The notes under the pieces: model-generated | Told to the model about the DNA's origin: nothing | Databases searched by the model: none | The model's input: only the letters and a program-made list of their open reading frames with translations | Origin: an uncultured Bacilli bacterium | GTDB taxonomy: Bacteria > Bacillota_I > Bacilli_A > RF39 > UBA660 | Reading direction: 5' to 3' | DNA: 57,149 nucleotides | Assembly (NCBI GenBank): GCA_947595045.1 | Contig: CANQEN010000001.1 | Coordinates: 1-57,149 of the forward strand | Program-made: the position numbers and the translations under genes | Shown: positions 44,971 through 56,703 of the stretch, piece after piece | Position numbering within the stretch: the stretch's first letter is position 1 | Layout of the letters: each line of letters starts with the position of its first letter

Positions 44971-45807
44971 ATGGCAATCAAAAGTTATAAATCGACAACT
45001 AATGGTAGACGTGGTATGACTACTTTAGATAATAGTGAATTAACTAAAGTAAAACCAGAAAAATCATTAGTGGTTACATTAAAGAAAAATGGGGGTCGTA
45101 ACAATCAGGGAAAGATAACAGTTAGACACCAAGGTGGAGGAGCTAAACGTAAATATCGTATTATTGATTTTAAAAGAAATAAAGATGATATTATGGGTAC
45201 AGTTGCTTCAATAGAATACGATCCTAATAGAAGTTCTAATATAGCTCTTATTAATTATGTTGATGGAGAAAAAAGATATATTATTGCTCCAAAAGGTTTA
45301 AAAGTAGGAGATAAAATTGAAAGTGGAGAAAAAGCAGATATAAAATTAGGAAATGCTCTACCACTTGCTAATATTCCAGAAGGAACACTTGTTCATAATG
45401 TTGAATTAAAAGCTGGTAAAGGTGGTCAATTATCACGTTCAGCTGGATCTAGTGTTCAAATTCTAGGTCGTGAGGGAAGATATACACTATTACGTTTAAC
45501 TAGCGGTGAGGTGCGTAAAGTATTAAGCACATGCCGAGCTACTATTGGTGAAGTTGGTAATGAAGATTATGAGCTAGTTAACTTAGGAAAAGCTGGTCGT
45601 AAAAGACATATGGGTATTAGGCCAACTGTTCGTGGATCAGTTATGAATCCTAATGATCACCCACATGGTGGTGGAGAAGGTCGTGCACCAATTGGAAGAA
45701 GAAAAGGGCCAGTTACTCCTTGGGGTAAACCTGCTCTTGGATATAAGACTCGTAAGGGTAAAAAACAATCTGATGACTTGATCGTTCGTCGTCGCAAAAC
45801 TAAATAG
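44971..45807 (+). CDS. rplB: 50S ribosomal protein L2
   Basis: [28 protein letters not shown]. Confidence 0.97.
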   Translation: MAIKSYKSTTNGRRGMTTLDNSELTKVKPEKSLVVTLKKNGGRNNQGKITVRHQGGGAKRKYRIIDFKRNKDDIMGTVASIEYDPNRSSNIALINYVDGEKRYIIAPKGLKVGDKIESGEKADIKLGNALPLANIPEGTLVHNVELKAGKGGQLSRSAGSSVQILGREGRYTLLRLTSGEVRKVLSTCRATIGEVGNEDYELVNLGKAGRKRHMGIRPTVRGSVMNPNDHPHGGGEGRAPIGRRKGPVTPWGKPALGYKTRKGKKQSDDLIVRRRKTK

Positions 45808-45823
45808 GGAAAGGATGGTATAA

Positions 45824-46096
45824 ATGGCAAGAAGTTTAAAGAAAGGGCCTTATGTTGAAGAAAGCTTAATGAAAAAGGTCAAAAGAAATAATGAATCAGA
45901 AAAAAAAGAAGTAATTCAAACTTATTCACGCCGTTCAACAATATTCCCTGAATTTATTGGAAATACGTTTAATGTGCATAATGGTAAAACTTTTATTCCA
46001 GTATATGTAACAGAAGACATGGTAGGACATAAATTGGGAGAATTTGCTCCAACGCGTTCATTCGGTGGACACGGCGATAATAAGGATAAAAAATAA
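45824..46096 (+). CDS. rpsS: 30S ribosomal protein S19
   Basis: [11 protein letters not shown].., [27 protein letters not shown]. Confidence 0.97.
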   Translation: MARSLKKGPYVEESLMKKVKRNNESEKKEVIQTYSRRSTIFPEFIGNTFNVHNGKTFIPVYVTEDMVGHKLGEFAPTRSFGGHGDNKDKK

Positions 46097-46121
46097 TTAA
46101 ATTTGCGAAAGGAGGATTAAA

Positions 46122-46457
46122 ATGGAAGCAAAAGCAATTGCAAAGGGAGTCAGAATTCCACCTCGTAAAGCTCGTTTAGTAATAGATTTAATACGTGGAA
46201 AAAAAGTTGTTGAAGCTGATAATATTTTAAATAATTTAAATAATAAAGCAGCTAGAATTATCCATAAGGTATTAACATCGGCAGTAGCTAATGCTGTAAA
46301 CAACAATGGATTAAAAGAGGATAGTTTATATGTAACACAGGCATATATAAATGAAGGTCAAACTTTAAAAAGAATTAAATTTGGTTCACGTGGTCATGTA
46401 GATCCAATTAAGAAAAGAACTAGTCACATTACTGTTATAGTAGGTGAAAAAAACTAA
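46122..46457 (+). CDS. rplV: 50S ribosomal protein L22
   Basis: AKGVRIPPRKARLVIDLIRGKKV. Confidence 0.95.
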   Translation: MEAKAIAKGVRIPPRKARLVIDLIRGKKVVEADNILNNLNNKAARIIHKVLTSAVANAVNNNGLKEDSLYVTQAYINEGQTLKRIKFGSRGHVDPIKKRTSHITVIVGEKN

Positions 46458-46475
46458 AGCAAAGGAGGAACAGTT

Positions 46476-47153
46476 GTGGGTCAAAAAGTTAGTCCAATAG
46501 GACTTAGAATGGGTATCAATAAAACTTGGGAATCTAATTGGTATGCTGATAATAAAAATTTTGCTGATTATCTAAAAAAAGACAATGAAATTCGTAAGTT
46601 TTTATCTAAAAAATTAAAAGACGCATCAGTTTCAAGTGTTCTTATTGAAAGAACTGAAAAGAAAACCGAGGTTATAATTAATACAGCTAAACCAGGCGTT
46701 GTTATAGGTCATGGTGGCGATGAAATTGAAAAATTAAAGAAAGAACTTACTAAATTAGTAGATGAAAATGTTCAAATATCTATTAAAGAAGTTAAGAATC
46801 CAGATTTAGATGCTGCTTTAGTGGCAGAAAATATTGCTCGCCAAATTGAAGGTAGAGTATCATTTAGAATTGCTCAAAAACGTGCTGTTAGAAATACAAT
46901 GAAAGCTGGAGCAAAAGGAATTAAGACATCTGTTTCTGGTCGATTAGGTGGGGCTGATATGGCTCGTACAGAAGGTTATATCGAAGGAGTTATTCCATTA
47001 CATACTTTAAGAGCAGATATTGATTATGCTCATAAAGAAGCAGATACTGCTTATGGAAAAATCGGTGTTAAAGTATGGATTTGTAAAGGAGAGATACTTC
47101 CTTCAAAAAATAAGGGAGGTAATAAAAATGGCAGTCATTCCAAAAAGAACTAA
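46476..47153 (+). CDS. rpsC: 30S ribosomal protein S3
   Basis: GTG start; [15 protein letters not shown] domain. The Lys/Asn-rich C-terminal tail overlaps the rplP start. Confidence 0.95.
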   Translation: MGQKVSPIGLRMGINKTWESNWYADNKNFADYLKKDNEIRKFLSKKLKDASVSSVLIERTEKKTEVIINTAKPGVVIGHGGDEIEKLKKELTKLVDENVQISIKEVKNPDLDAALVAENIARQIEGRVSFRIAQKRAVRNTMKAGAKGIKTSVSGRLGGADMARTEGYIEGVIPLHTLRADIDYAHKEADTAYGKIGVKVWICKGEILPSKNKGGNKNGSHSKKN

Positions 47154-47556
47154 ATTTAGAAATCCCCATCGCCTTCCTTATGATGGCAAGGCTAGAGGAA
47201 ATACTAAAGTTAATTTTGGTGAATATGGTTTAATGGCAATGGAAGGTGCATGGATTACTGACCGTCAAATTGAAGCAGCCAGAGTTGCTATGACTCGATA
47301 CATGAAACGTGGTGGAAAAGTTTGGATTAATATTTTTCCACACTTATCATTAACTAAAAAGCCATTAGAAACTCGTCAGGGTAAAGGTAAAGGTTCTCAT
47401 GATTCATGGGTTGCTGTAGTAAAAAAAGGCAAAGTTATGTTTGAAATTGGTGGTGTTGATGAAAATACTGCACGAGAGGCACTACGTCTTGCAATGCATA
47501 AGTTACCAATTAAATGTAAATTTGTAGCAAAAGAAAGTGGTGAAAGTAATGACTAA
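47128..47556 (+). CDS. rplP: 50S ribosomal protein L16
   Basis: [15 protein letters not shown].. with AAGGGAGGT at 47112-47120. The ORF-track start at 47020 is an in-frame upstream extension inside rpsC. Confidence 0.93.
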   Translation: MAVIPKRTKFRNPHRLPYDGKARGNTKVNFGEYGLMAMEGAWITDRQIEAARVAMTRYMKRGGKVWINIFPHLSLTKKPLETRQGKGKGSHDSWVAVVKKGKVMFEIGGVDENTAREALRLAMHKLPIKCKFVAKESGESND

Positions 47557-47746
47557 TCAAGAAATTAGAAAAATGACTAATGAAGAAATACTTTCCAAAA
47601 TTAAAGAATGTAAAGAAGAACTATTTAACTTAAGGTTTTCTAAAGCACAAGGTTCTTTAGAAAAACCATCAAGAATTAGAGAATTAAGAAAGTTAGTGGC
47701 ACGTATGAAAACAATTTTACGTGAGAGAGAACTAGCTGAGAAATAG
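47549..47746 (+). CDS. rpmC: 50S ribosomal protein L29
   Basis: [35 protein letters not shown] lies 5 nt before ATG 47549. Confidence 0.92.
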   Translation: MTNQEIRKMTNEEILSKIKECKEELFNLRFSKAQGSLEKPSRIRELRKLVARMKTILRERELAEK

Positions 47747-47756
47747 AGGAGATTTT

Positions 47757-48017
47757 ATGAAAGAAAAGAGAACTCGTGAACTAGTAGGAACTGTTATCAG
47801 CGATTGTAATGATAAAACGATAACAGTTAAAGTTGAAACTTATAAAAATGATAAATTATATAAAAAGAGAGTTAAAAGTTCTAAAAAATATACTGTACAT
47901 GATGAGAAAAATGAGGCCAAAAAAGGCGATAGAGTGAGAATTGCTGAGACTAGACCATTATCAAAAACAAAACATTTCCGATTAGTGGAAATAGTAGAAA
48001 AAGCAGTTATATTGTAA
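47757..48017 (+). CDS. rpsQ: 30S ribosomal protein S17
   Basis: [50 protein letters not shown]. Confidence 0.95.
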   Translation: MKEKRTRELVGTVISDCNDKTITVKVETYKNDKLYKKRVKSSKKYTVHDEKNEAKKGDRVRIAETRPLSKTKHFRLVEIVEKAVIL

Positions 48018-48043
48018 TTGTGACTGATAAAGGAGGATAAAGT

Positions 48044-48412
48044 ATGGTTCAACAAGAAAGCCGTTTAAAGGTAGCAGATAACTCTGGTGCAAAAGAATTA
48101 TTAGTAATCCGAGTACTTGGGGGATCTAAAGTAAAAACGGGAAATATTGGAGATATAGTTGTTGCAACTGTCAAAAATGCAACTCCTAACGGAACAGTAA
48201 AAAAAGGTAAAGTAGTTAAAGCTGTTGTTGTTAGAAGTAAATCTGGTCTAAGAAGAGAAGATGGTTCTTATATTAAGTTTGATGATAACGCTGCTGTTAT
48301 AATTAAAGATGATAAGACTCCTGTTGGAACTCGTATATTTGGACCAGTAGCACGTGAATTGCGTGATAAAGGATTTTTGAGAATTATATCACTTGCTAAA
48401 GAAGTGCTATAG
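48044..48412 (+). CDS. rplN: 50S ribosomal protein L14
   Basis: [18 protein letters not shown]..; 122 aa. Confidence 0.97.
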   Translation: MVQQESRLKVADNSGAKELLVIRVLGGSKVKTGNIGDIVVATVKNATPNGTVKKGKVVKAVVVRSKSGLRREDGSYIKFDDNAAVIIKDDKTPVGTRIFGPVARELRDKGFLRIISLAKEVL

Positions 48413-48430
48413 AAGTTTGGAGGAATGAAA

Positions 48431-48739
48431 ATGAACTTTAAAACTGGAGATAAAGTAGTTGTCATTGCTGGAAAAGATAAAGGAAAAGAAGGAAAAATTC
48501 TAAAGACTTTAAGAAAAGAAAATAGAGTTATTGTTGAAGGAATCAATATTGTAAAAAAACATATGAAATCAAATGGACAAAGTGCTGGAAGTATTGTTGA
48601 AATAGAGGCACCTATTCATGCTTCAAATGTTATGATTGTTGATCCTAAAACAGGCAAAAGAACCAGAATAGGACATTCTACAGATAAAAAAGGCAAAAAG
48701 ATTAGAATAGCAAAAAAATCTAATGAAAGCCTTAATTAA
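48431..48739 (+). CDS. rplX: 50S ribosomal protein L24
   Basis: [20 protein letters not shown] (KOW). GGAGGA lies 6 nt before ATG 48431. ATG 48425 abuts the RBS. Confidence 0.92.
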   Translation: MNFKTGDKVVVIAGKDKGKEGKILKTLRKENRVIVEGINIVKKHMKSNGQSAGSIVEIEAPIHASNVMIVDPKTGKRTRIGHSTDKKGKKIRIAKKSNESLN

Positions 48740-48756
48740 TTGGAAGGAGGGTATAT

Positions 48757-49296
48757 ATGAACCGCCTAAAAGAAAAATATAATAAAGAGGTCGTACCTAG
48801 TTTGAAAGAAAAATATAATTATAAAAATATTATGGAAGTGCCAAAACTTAATAAAATAGTTGTTAATATTGGTTGTGGTGATGCTACTTCTAATTCCAAA
48901 TTATTAGAGGCAGCTATGAAAGATTTAGAAATAATTACTGGTCAAAAAGCAGTAGCAACAAAAGCAAAAAAATCAATTGCTGGTTTTAAACTAAGAGAGG
49001 GGCAGGCAATTGGTTGTAAAGTAACTTTAAGAGGAGAAAAAATGTATAACTTTTTAGATAAATTAATTAGTATTACATTACCTAGAGTAAGAGATTTTAG
49101 AGGAATATCTAATAAAGCTTTTGATGGTAGAGGTAATTATACTTTAGGTTTAACTGAGCAATTAATATTTTCAGAGATAGAATATGATAATGTTGTAAAA
49201 GTACGTGGAATGGATGTTGTTTTTGTTACAACAGCAAAAACAAATGAGGAAGCATATGATCTCTTAAAAGGTTTCGGTATGCCATTTAAAAAATAG
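48757..49296 (+). CDS. rplE: 50S ribosomal protein L5
   Basis: [16 protein letters not shown].., [18 protein letters not shown]. Confidence 0.97.
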   Translation: MNRLKEKYNKEVVPSLKEKYNYKNIMEVPKLNKIVVNIGCGDATSNSKLLEAAMKDLEIITGQKAVATKAKKSIAGFKLREGQAIGCKVTLRGEKMYNFLDKLISITLPRVRDFRGISNKAFDGRGNYTLGLTEQLIFSEIEYDNVVKVRGMDVVFVTTAKTNEEAYDLLKGFGMPFKK

Positions 49297-49314
49297 GAAG
49301 CTTAGGAGGAAAAT

Positions 49315-49500
49315 ATGGCAAAAACAAGTATGAAAGTAAAAGCTAATCGTGAACCTAAATTCAAAGTAAGAAAATATACTCGTTGTACTCGTTGTGGAAG
49401 ACCACATGCAGTATTAAAAAAATACGGTATATGTCGAATTTGCTTTAGAGAATTAGCTTATAAAGGACAAATACCTGGGATGAAAAAATCTAGTTGGTAA
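49315..49500 (+). CDS. rpsN: 30S ribosomal protein S14 type Z (zinc-binding, 61 aa)
   Basis: [38 protein letters not shown], with CxxC...CxxC. Confidence 0.95.
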   Translation: MAKTSMKVKANREPKFKVRKYTRCTRCGRPHAVLKKYGICRICFRELAYKGQIPGMKKSSW

Positions 49501-49514
49501 AAGGAGGGAAGTAT

Positions 49515-49910
49515 ATGGTAACAGATCCAATCGCAGATATGCTTACAAGAATTCGTAATGCTAATAGTATGCGATATAAAGAAGTTGAAGTACCTGCTTC
49601 AAAAATAAAGATCGAAATAGCTAGAATATTAAAAGAAGAAGGGTTTATTGAAGATTATAAAATTAAACAAAATAATATTCAAGATATTCTTGTTTTAACA
49701 TTAAAATATAGTGAACAAAAGGAACGAGTAATTACTGGACTAAAGAGAATTTCTAAACCAGGATTACGAGTATATGTAAAAGCAGATGAGGTACCACGAG
49801 TATTAAATGGTTTGGGAATAGCAATCATATCAACCTCAAAAGGTGTAATGGCTGATAAAGATGCTAGACGTCAATCACTTGGTGGAGAAGTTTTAGCTTA
49901 TATTTGGTAG
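49515..49910 (+). CDS. rpsH: 30S ribosomal protein S8
   Basis: [16 protein letters not shown]... AAGGAGGGAAG lies before ATG 49515. Confidence 0.95.
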   Translation: MVTDPIADMLTRIRNANSMRYKEVEVPASKIKIEIARILKEEGFIEDYKIKQNNIQDILVLTLKYSEQKERVITGLKRISKPGLRVYVKADEVPRVLNGLGIAIISTSKGVMADKDARRQSLGGEVLAYIW

Positions 49911-49923
49911 AAAGGATGATTTT

Positions 49924-50454
49924 ATGAGTCGTGTTGGAAATAGAATATTAAAAATACCAGCCGGAGTAACAGTATCAGTAGATGGTAATATTGTTGCCGT
50001 AAAAGGTCCTAAGGGAGAACTTTCTACTAAGGTTAATGAAAATATTACAGTCGAAGTAAATGATACAGAAATCAAAGTAACAAGAAAAAATGATAATTAT
50101 AAAAAATTTCATGGAACAGCAAATGCCAATATTAAAAATATGCTTATTGGTGTTACTGAAGGGTATGAAAAAAAACTAGAAGTAGTAGGAGTTGGATATC
50201 GTTTTCAAACTAAGGGAAAAGATATTGTTATTAATGCTGGATATTCAAATCCTGTAGAAGTTAAAGTACCAGCAGGGATAACAGTAGAAGTACCTAGTAA
50301 TACGGAATTAATAATTAAGGGAATTGATAAGCAACAAGTTGGTCAATTTGCTGCAGAAGTTAGAGAAATTAGAAAGCCTGAACCTTATAAAGGTAAAGGA
50401 ATTCGTTATAGTGACGAAGTTGTTCGTCGTAAAGAAGGAAAGAAAGCTTCTTAA
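49924..50454 (+). CDS. rplF: 50S ribosomal protein L6
   Basis: MSRVGNRILKIPAGV.., EPYKGKGIRY. Confidence 0.95.
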   Translation: MSRVGNRILKIPAGVTVSVDGNIVAVKGPKGELSTKVNENITVEVNDTEIKVTRKNDNYKKFHGTANANIKNMLIGVTEGYEKKLEVVGVGYRFQTKGKDIVINAGYSNPVEVKVPAGITVEVPSNTELIIKGIDKQQVGQFAAEVREIRKPEPYKGKGIRYSDEVVRRKEGKKAS

Positions 50455-50479
50455 TAAAAATAGTAAAGGAGAGTAACTT

Positions 50480-50842
50480 ATGATAAAAAAAGTAGCTCGT
50501 AATGAAACAAGAAAAGCTAGACATAGTCGAATTAGGACTAAAGTTAGTGGAACAAATGCAGTGCCACGATTAAATGTGTTTAGATCAAATAATAATATTT
50601 TTGCGCAAATCATTGATGATGAAAAAGCTATTACTTTAGTTAGTGCTTCTTCTATTGATAAAGAATTAAAACTTACTAATGGTAGTAATATAGAGGCAGC
50701 TACTAAAGTAGGAGAATTGTTAGCTAAAAGAGCTAAGGTAGCTAAAATAAATAAAGTTGTTTTTGATAGAGGTGGATATCTTTATCATGGACGTGTTAAA
50801 GCATTAGCAGAAGCAGCACGTGAAAACGGATTAGAATTCTAA
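50480..50842 (+). CDS. rplR: 50S ribosomal protein L18
   Basis: [55 protein letters not shown]. Confidence 0.95.
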   Translation: MIKKVARNETRKARHSRIRTKVSGTNAVPRLNVFRSNNNIFAQIIDDEKAITLVSASSIDKELKLTNGSNIEAATKVGELLAKRAKVAKINKVVFDRGGYLYHGRVKALAEAARENGLEF

Positions 50843-50853
50843 TAGGAGGGTAA

Positions 50854-51477
50854 ATGATGGAAGAAAAGATCGAAAATGTTGAGGCGACTAATACTTCTGT
50901 AGAACCAGTTAAAATTGAAGAAGGTCAAAACAAACGTAATAATCGACCAAATCGCCGAACAAAAGAAAAACGTCAAAGACAAAATCGACAGAGACAACCT
51001 AAACTTTATGAAGAAGAAGTAATTTCCATAGGAAGAGTTACTAAAGTAACTAAAGGTGGACGTCATTTTCGTTTCTCAGCCGTTGTTGTTGTTGGAGATA
51101 GAAAAGGTAAAGTAGGATTAGGTACTGGTAAAGCAAATGAAGTTCCAGATGCAATAAAAAAAGCTGTTCAAGCTGCAACTAAGAATGTTATTCAAGTATC
51201 TATTGTTGAAGATAGGACTATTCCACATGAGGCAATCGGTATCCAAGGAGCTAGTAAAGTTATGTTGAAACCTGCTACAAAAGGTACAGGAGTTAAAGCT
51301 GGTGGACCAGTTCGTTCAGTATTAGAATTAGCTGGAATTAAGGATATATTATCAAAATCTCTTGGTTCAAATACTAAAATTAATATGGCATATGCAACCC
51401 TTAACGCTTTAAAATCTCAAAAAACAATTGAAGAGGTAGCTCGTCTTCGTGGAAAGAAAGTAGAGGAAATTAGGTAG
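50854..51477 (+). CDS. rpsE: 30S ribosomal protein S5 (with ~40-aa basic N-terminal extension)
   Basis: The core [24 protein letters not shown] begins near aa 59. The N-terminus is [25 protein letters not shown]. Confidence 0.93.
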   Translation: MMEEKIENVEATNTSVEPVKIEEGQNKRNNRPNRRTKEKRQRQNRQRQPKLYEEEVISIGRVTKVTKGGRHFRFSAVVVVGDRKGKVGLGTGKANEVPDAIKKAVQAATKNVIQVSIVEDRTIPHEAIGIQGASKVMLKPATKGTGVKAGGPVRSVLELAGIKDILSKSLGSNTKINMAYATLNALKSQKTIEEVARLRGKKVEEIR

Positions 51478-51478
51478 T

Positions 51479-51922
51479 ATGAAATTACATGAAATAAAGA
51501 GACCTGAAGGTGCTGTTACTGAGTCTACTCGTAGAGGTAGAGGACCAGGCTCTGGTTTAGGAAAAACAAGTGGTAAGGGACATAAAGGACAAAATGCCCG
51601 TAGTGGTGGTGGTGTTCGTCCAGGATTTGAAGGTGGACAATTACCATTATTCAGACGTTTACCAAAAAGGGGATTTTCAAATGCTAGATTTAAAATTGAA
51701 TATGCAACTATTAATGTAGGTGATTTAAATAAATTTGAAGATGGAGCAGTTATTACTCCAGAGTTATTAAAAGAGATGGGTATTTTAAAAAAACAATTAG
51801 CTGGTGTGAAAATTTTAGGCAATGGAACATTAGAAAAAAAATTGACTATTAAAGCTAATCGTTTTTCTAAAAGTGCTGTAGAAAAAATAGAAAAAATAGG
51901 TGGAAAAGCAGAGGTGATTTAA
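51479..51922 (+). CDS. rplO: 50S ribosomal protein L15
   Basis: [40 protein letters not shown]. Confidence 0.95.
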   Translation: MKLHEIKRPEGAVTESTRRGRGPGSGLGKTSGKGHKGQNARSGGGVRPGFEGGQLPLFRRLPKRGFSNARFKIEYATINVGDLNKFEDGAVITPELLKEMGILKKQLAGVKILGNGTLEKKLTIKANRFSKSAVEKIEKIGGKAEVI

Positions 51923-51923
51923 T

Positions 51924-53186
51924 ATGTTTGCAGTATTTAAGCAAATATTTAATCCAACCAATAGAGATTTACAGAAAAAGATACTCTTCACTTTTGCTGC
52001 TTTACTAATTTTTAAGATAGGAACAACTATATCTGTTCCTGGTGTATCTTTAAATACTAATAAATTGGGTTTTTTAGAGATTGTAAATGCTATGAGTGGT
52101 GGTGCATTTGAGAAGGCATCAATATTTGCACTAGGAGTTATGCCATACATTACAGCAACTATTATAGTTCAGCTATTATCGATGGATATTATTCCTTATT
52201 TTTCAGAATTACGTAATCAAGGTGCGATAGGTAGAAATAAATTAAACCAGATAACTAGAATTGTAGGAATTGTTTTAGCATTTATACAAGGATATATGTA
52301 TTCATTTGCTTATATTCAGAATGGATCACCTATGGATTATATGGTGTATTCATTAGTATTGACTGCTGGAACATCACTACTTTTATGGATAGGAGATCAA
52401 GTAACCATTAAGGGGATTGGAAATGGTATTTCTATGATTATTATGGCAGGTATCATTACTACTTTACCAGGTATGTTTGCTAATTTATGGAATGAATTAA
52501 TTCATAATGGTACTGGTTTTCTAGGAATATTGACTTTTATTATGTTTGTAGTAGTATTTTTGGCTATTGTTGTTGGAGTAGTCTTTGAGGAATGTGCTGA
52601 AAGACGTTTACCAATTCAGTATGCTAATAAGTCAAATAGTACTATAGGACAACAAAATTATATACCATTTAAGTTAAACAGTTCTGGTGTTATTCCTGTA
52701 ATCTTTGCATCAGCTCTTATATCAATTCCACAAATAATTGCATCATTTGTTAAAAATGCCAATTTCTCATTGTTTGTAACTAAATATGTTAGCTATACAA
52801 CTTTAACGGGATTTATTGCTTATATAATTCTTATTATTGTATTTGCTTATTTTTATACATTTATGCAAATTAAACCAAAAGAAATGGCAGAGCAATTGAA
52901 TCAAAACGGAGGATATATTCCTGGTGTTCGTCCAGGAAAGGAGACTGAAGAATATGTTAGTAAAGTTTTAAAACGTATTACTTTAGTAGGAGCTAGTTTT
53001 TTGGCATTGTTATCAGCAATACCAATATTAATTAGTAATTTCTCTACGCTTAATACAAATATAACAATAAGTGGAACAGGATTATTGATTGTTGTCGGAG
53101 TTGCATTAGAAACTTATAAGCAATTAGAAAGTCAATTAATTAGTCGTACATATAGTAAAGGAAGAAAGAGAAGAAGACGATTATGA
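51924..53186 (+). CDS. secY: Preprotein translocase subunit SecY
   Basis: 420 aa, 10 TM helices; FALGVMPYITATIIVQLL, GTGLLIVVGVALETYKQLES. Confidence 0.95.
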   Translation: MFAVFKQIFNPTNRDLQKKILFTFAALLIFKIGTTISVPGVSLNTNKLGFLEIVNAMSGGAFEKASIFALGVMPYITATIIVQLLSMDIIPYFSELRNQGAIGRNKLNQITRIVGIVLAFIQGYMYSFAYIQNGSPMDYMVYSLVLTAGTSLLLWIGDQVTIKGIGNGISMIIMAGIITTLPGMFANLWNELIHNGTGFLGILTFIMFVVVFLAIVVGVVFEECAERRLPIQYANKSNSTIGQQNYIPFKLNSSGVIPVIFASALISIPQIIASFVKNANFSLFVTKYVSYTTLTGFIAYIILIIVFAYFYTFMQIKPKEMAEQLNQNGGYIPGVRPGKETEEYVSKVLKRITLVGASFLALLSAIPILISNFSTLNTNITISGTGLLIVVGVALETYKQLESQLISRTYSKGRKRRRRL

Positions 53187-53839
53187 AAAATATACTTTTG
53201 ATAGCGCCCCCAGCTGCAGGTAAAGGTACTCAAGCTAAATTAATATCAGAATATTATCATATTCCTCATATTTCTACGGGTGATTTATTACGTGATGCTA
53301 AGGACAATAATCACCCTTTAGCGGATATTATTAGGGAAAAACAAAATAAAGGAGAGTTTGTACCTGATTCTATTGTATTAGATTTATTAAAGGAAAGATT
53401 GAATCAAACAGATTGTAATCATGGATATATTTTAGATGGTTTCCCACGAAATATAGAGCAAGCTTATGCGTATGAGCATATTTTAAGTGAACTGGGAAAA
53501 GAATTAGGAGTTGTAATTTTATTAGATTTAGATAAGGATATAGCTAAGAAACGAATTACTGGTAGATATTCTTGCCCACAATGTGGTGCAATATACAATA
53601 CAGAAATAGCAGATCTTAATCCACAACAATCTAATATTTGTGATAAATGTCAAACAGAATTATTCCATCGTGATGATGATAATGAGAATACATATGATGT
53701 TAGATATAATGCCTATATTGAAAAAACAGCTCCTTTAATTGATTACTATCAAAAAAAGGGAATATTAAAGCGTATAGATAGTAATCAAGATTCTAAATTA
53801 GTTTTTAAATTGATTAAAGAGATAATTCAGGAAATATGA
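53183..53839 (+). CDS. adk: Adenylate kinase (zinc-lid type)
   Basis: P-loop APPAAGKGTQ, ILDGFPRN, lid CPQCGAIYN..CDKC. Confidence 0.95.
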   Translation: MKNILLIAPPAAGKGTQAKLISEYYHIPHISTGDLLRDAKDNNHPLADIIREKQNKGEFVPDSIVLDLLKERLNQTDCNHGYILDGFPRNIEQAYAYEHILSELGKELGVVILLDLDKDIAKKRITGRYSCPQCGAIYNTEIADLNPQQSNICDKCQTELFHRDDDNENTYDVRYNAYIEKTAPLIDYYQKKGILKRIDSNQDSKLVFKLIKEIIQEI

Positions 53840-54582
53840 TTAGTATTAAAAGTTCACGTGAAATAGAGTTAATGCGTATAGCTGGTGAAATAGTGGGAAA
53901 AACTCATAATTATTTAAAGTCTTATATTAAAGCAGGTATAACAACTAAAAAATTAGATGAGTTAGCCTATAATTTCATAATTAGTCAGGGTGCAACACCA
54001 TCTTTTAAAAATTATAATGGTTTTCCAGCTAGTATATGTACATCTATCAATGAAGAAGTAGTTCATGGAATACCTGATAATCGTAAATTAAAAGATGGAG
54101 ATATTATTTCTATTGATATTGGTGCTTGTTATAAAGGTTATCATGGCGATAGTGCTTGGAGTTATCCAGTTGGAAGAATATCTAGTGATAAAGAATATTT
54201 GTTAAAACATACTGAGAGAGCTTTATTTGTGGGATTAGATCAAATAAAAGAAGGTACGAAAATTGGCGATATTGGCTATGCTATAAGTAATTATGCAGAG
54301 AATCATAATTTGGGTGTAGTTAAAGAATTAGTAGGACATGGTGTGGGGAATCATTTACATGAGGAGCCAGATGTACCAAATTATGGTTTCAAGCATGTTG
54401 GGCCCACATTAAAAGCTGGTATGGTTATTGCTGTTGAGCCAATGTTAAATTTTGGAACAGCTAATGTCTATTTATTAGATGATGATTGGACTGTTATAAC
54501 GGCCGATGGGGAACCATCTGCTCATTTTGAACATACAGTTGTTGTAACTAAGGATGGATATGAGATATTAACAAAGAGGTGA
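53836..54582 (+). CDS. map: Type I methionyl aminopeptidase
   Basis: [44 protein letters not shown]. Confidence 0.95.
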   Translation: MISIKSSREIELMRIAGEIVGKTHNYLKSYIKAGITTKKLDELAYNFIISQGATPSFKNYNGFPASICTSINEEVVHGIPDNRKLKDGDIISIDIGACYKGYHGDSAWSYPVGRISSDKEYLLKHTERALFVGLDQIKEGTKIGDIGYAISNYAENHNLGVVKELVGHGVGNHLHEEPDVPNYGFKHVGPTLKAGMVIAVEPMLNFGTANVYLLDDDWTVITADGEPSAHFEHTVVVTKDGYEILTKR

Positions 54583-54586
54583 TGAT

Positions 54587-54802
54587 ATGGCCAAAGATGA
54601 TGTTATAGAAATGGAAGGTAAAGTATTAGAAGTTTTACCAGGATATGTCTTTAAAGTAGAATTAGCTAACAAACATATAATTACTGCCCATGTTTCAGGT
54701 AAAATGCGAATGAACATGATTCGAATTTTAGCTGGTGATACCGTAACGGTTGAAATATCAACCTACGATTTAACACAAGGGCGTATTGTTTATAGAAAGT
54801 AG
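54587..54802 (+). CDS. infA: Translation initiation factor IF-1
   Basis: [55 protein letters not shown]. Confidence 0.97.
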   Translation: MAKDDVIEMEGKVLEVLPGYVFKVELANKHIITAHVSGKMRMNMIRILAGDTVTVEISTYDLTQGRIVYRK

Positions 54803-54812
54803 GAGGAATTTT

Positions 54813-54926
54813 ATGAAAGTTAAACCATCGGTAAAACCAATGTGTGAGAAATGTAGAATTATAAAACGAAAAGGTCGTGTTATGGTTATTTGTAGTAATC
54901 CAAAGCACAAACAAAGACAAGGTTAA
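54813..54926 (+). CDS. rpmJ: 50S ribosomal protein L36
   Basis: Not in the ORF track (37 aa): [46 protein letters not shown] at 54801-54806. Confidence 0.93.
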   Translation: MKVKPSVKPMCEKCRIIKRKGRVMVICSNPKHKQRQG

Positions 54927-54940
54927 ATAGGAGGTGTTTT

Positions 54941-55306
54941 ATGGCACGAATAAAAGGTGTTGATATTCCAAATAATAAGCGTGTTGAGATTTCACTAACT
55001 TATATATACGGAATTGGGAGAAGTTTATCTAATAAAATATTAGCTGATGCTAAAATTGATCCAAATAAGCGAGTTAGTCAATTATCTAATGATGAATTGA
55101 ATCTTATTCGTGATGAGGTTAATAAATATATGACTGAAGGAGATTTACGTAGAGAAGTTAACATGAATATTAAGACAAAAATGGAAATTAATTCTTACCA
55201 AGGATCTCGTCATAGAAAAGGATTGCCTGTAAGAGGACAAAGAACTAATCGAAATGCTCGTACTCGTAAGGGTAGGGGAAAAGTAGTGGCTAATAAGAAA
55301 AAATAG
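54941..55306 (+). CDS. rpsM: 30S ribosomal protein S13
   Basis: [26 protein letters not shown]. Confidence 0.97.
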   Translation: MARIKGVDIPNNKRVEISLTYIYGIGRSLSNKILADAKIDPNKRVSQLSNDELNLIRDEVNKYMTEGDLRREVNMNIKTKMEINSYQGSRHRKGLPVRGQRTNRNARTRKGRGKVVANKKK

Positions 55307-55329
55307 TAAGGCGAAAAGGAGGTTAGAAT

Positions 55330-55713
55330 ATGGCATATAAAGCAAGGAAAAGGAAAGTTAAAAAGTCAGTACCAGAAGGGAAAGCTTTTATCCATTCGAC
55401 ATTTAATAATACTATTGTTACTCTATCTGATAAAGATGGAAATGCTATAAGTTGGGCATCAGCTGGAACGTTAGGTTTTAAAGGTTCTAAAAAATCAACT
55501 CCATATGCGGCTGGATTAAGTGCTGAGGCAGCAGGTAAAGCTGCATATGATATGGGAATGCGAAAGGTTGAAGTTCATGTTAAAGGGTTAGGTTCAGGAA
55601 GAGAAACAGCTATTCGTTCACTTCAAGTAGCAGGTTTAGAAATTACAGCAATTATTGATGATACACCAATACCACATAACGGATGTCGTCCACCAAAGCG
55701 ACCACGTGGATAA
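55330..55713 (+). CDS. rpsK: 30S ribosomal protein S11
   Basis: [30 protein letters not shown].., [16 protein letters not shown]. Confidence 0.97.
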   Translation: MAYKARKRKVKKSVPEGKAFIHSTFNNTIVTLSDKDGNAISWASAGTLGFKGSKKSTPYAAGLSAEAAGKAAYDMGMRKVEVHVKGLGSGRETAIRSLQVAGLEITAIIDDTPIPHNGCRPPKRPRG

Positions 55714-55735
55714 TTTATAGAAAGGGAGTGGAGAA

Positions 55736-56686
55736 ATGTTAAATTTTGAAAAACCTATTTATAAGATTACAGAATATGTTGAAAATAAAAACTATGGAAA
55801 GTTTGAATTAGAGCCTTTGGAGAGAGGCTTTGGCACGACTTTAGGAAATGCTCTTAGAAGAATAATGTTATCAAGTATGCCAGGTAGTTCTATTGTAGCT
55901 GTTCGAATAGACGGCGTTATGCATGAATTTCAGGCTGTTGATGGTATTGTAGAAGATGTTACTACTATTGTTTTAAATTTAAAAAATGTAGTAATAAAAA
56001 ATAATACTACCGAAGTAAAGAAATTATATTTATCAACTGATAAAGAAGGTATAGTAACAGCAGGCGATATTGAGACTGACTCAGATGTAGAGATTATTAA
56101 TAAGGATCAAGAAATTCTAACTATTGCTAAAGGTGGAAAATTGAATATGGAGCTTATTATAGCTAATGGAAGAGGATATGTTCAATCATCTGACAATAAA
56201 AAATTTATTGAAAATGAAACGAAAGGATTTATTCCAATTGATGCTATTTATTCTCCTATTGAAAGAGTTAGTTATGAAACAGAAAGTGCTCGTGTCGGGC
56301 AAGATGCCAATTATGATAAGCTAATTATGGAAGTATATACCAATGGTTCAATGAGACCAGAAGAGGCAATGGCATTATCAGCCAAAATAATGATTGAACA
56401 TTTAAAAATAATTACTGATTTAAATGAAATTGCAGATGTTACAGGAATTATGAATACTAAACAGGAAGATAGCAAATTAAAGAAGTTGGAGACTTCTATT
56501 GATGACTTAGATTTTTCCGTTAGAGCATATAATTGCTTAAAAAGAGCTGGCATCAATACTCTAGGTGATTTGACTTCAAAATCAGAATTAGAAATGATGA
56601 AAATACGCAATTTAGGTAAAAAGTCTTTGAAAGAAGTAATGGAGAAAATAAAAGAAATGGGACTTAAATTTCGCGAAAGTGATTAA
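55736..56686 (+). CDS. rpoA: DNA-directed RNA polymerase subunit alpha
   Basis: [21 protein letters not shown]-terminal domain [22 protein letters not shown]. Confidence 0.97.
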   Translation: MLNFEKPIYKITEYVENKNYGKFELEPLERGFGTTLGNALRRIMLSSMPGSSIVAVRIDGVMHEFQAVDGIVEDVTTIVLNLKNVVIKNNTTEVKKLYLSTDKEGIVTAGDIETDSDVEIINKDQEILTIAKGGKLNMELIIANGRGYVQSSDNKKFIENETKGFIPIDAIYSPIERVSYETESARVGQDANYDKLIMEVYTNGSMRPEEAMALSAKIMIEHLKIITDLNEIADVTGIMNTKQEDSKLKKLETSIDDLDFSVRAYNCLKRAGINTLGDLTSKSELEMMKIRNLGKKSLKEVMEKIKEMGLKFRESD

Positions 56687-56703
56687 TAGTTAGGAGGAAT
56701 ATT

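Noticed and set aside
47020-47127. Long form of L16 starting at 47020 (178 aa).
   Set aside because: The extension lies inside rpsC and has no similarity to L16. A strong RBS precedes ATG 47128, which gives the canonical [12 protein letters not shown]-terminus.
51409-52150. 137-aa and 106-aa ORFs antisense to rplO and secY.
   Set aside because: They are shadow ORFs of conserved genes. The Pro/Gly-rich translation mirrors the Gly-rich L15 sequence.
53850-53865. parS-like sequence AAGTTCACGTGAAATA inside map.
   Set aside because: It has five mismatches to TGTTCCACGTGAAACA. Only the central CACGTG palindrome matches.
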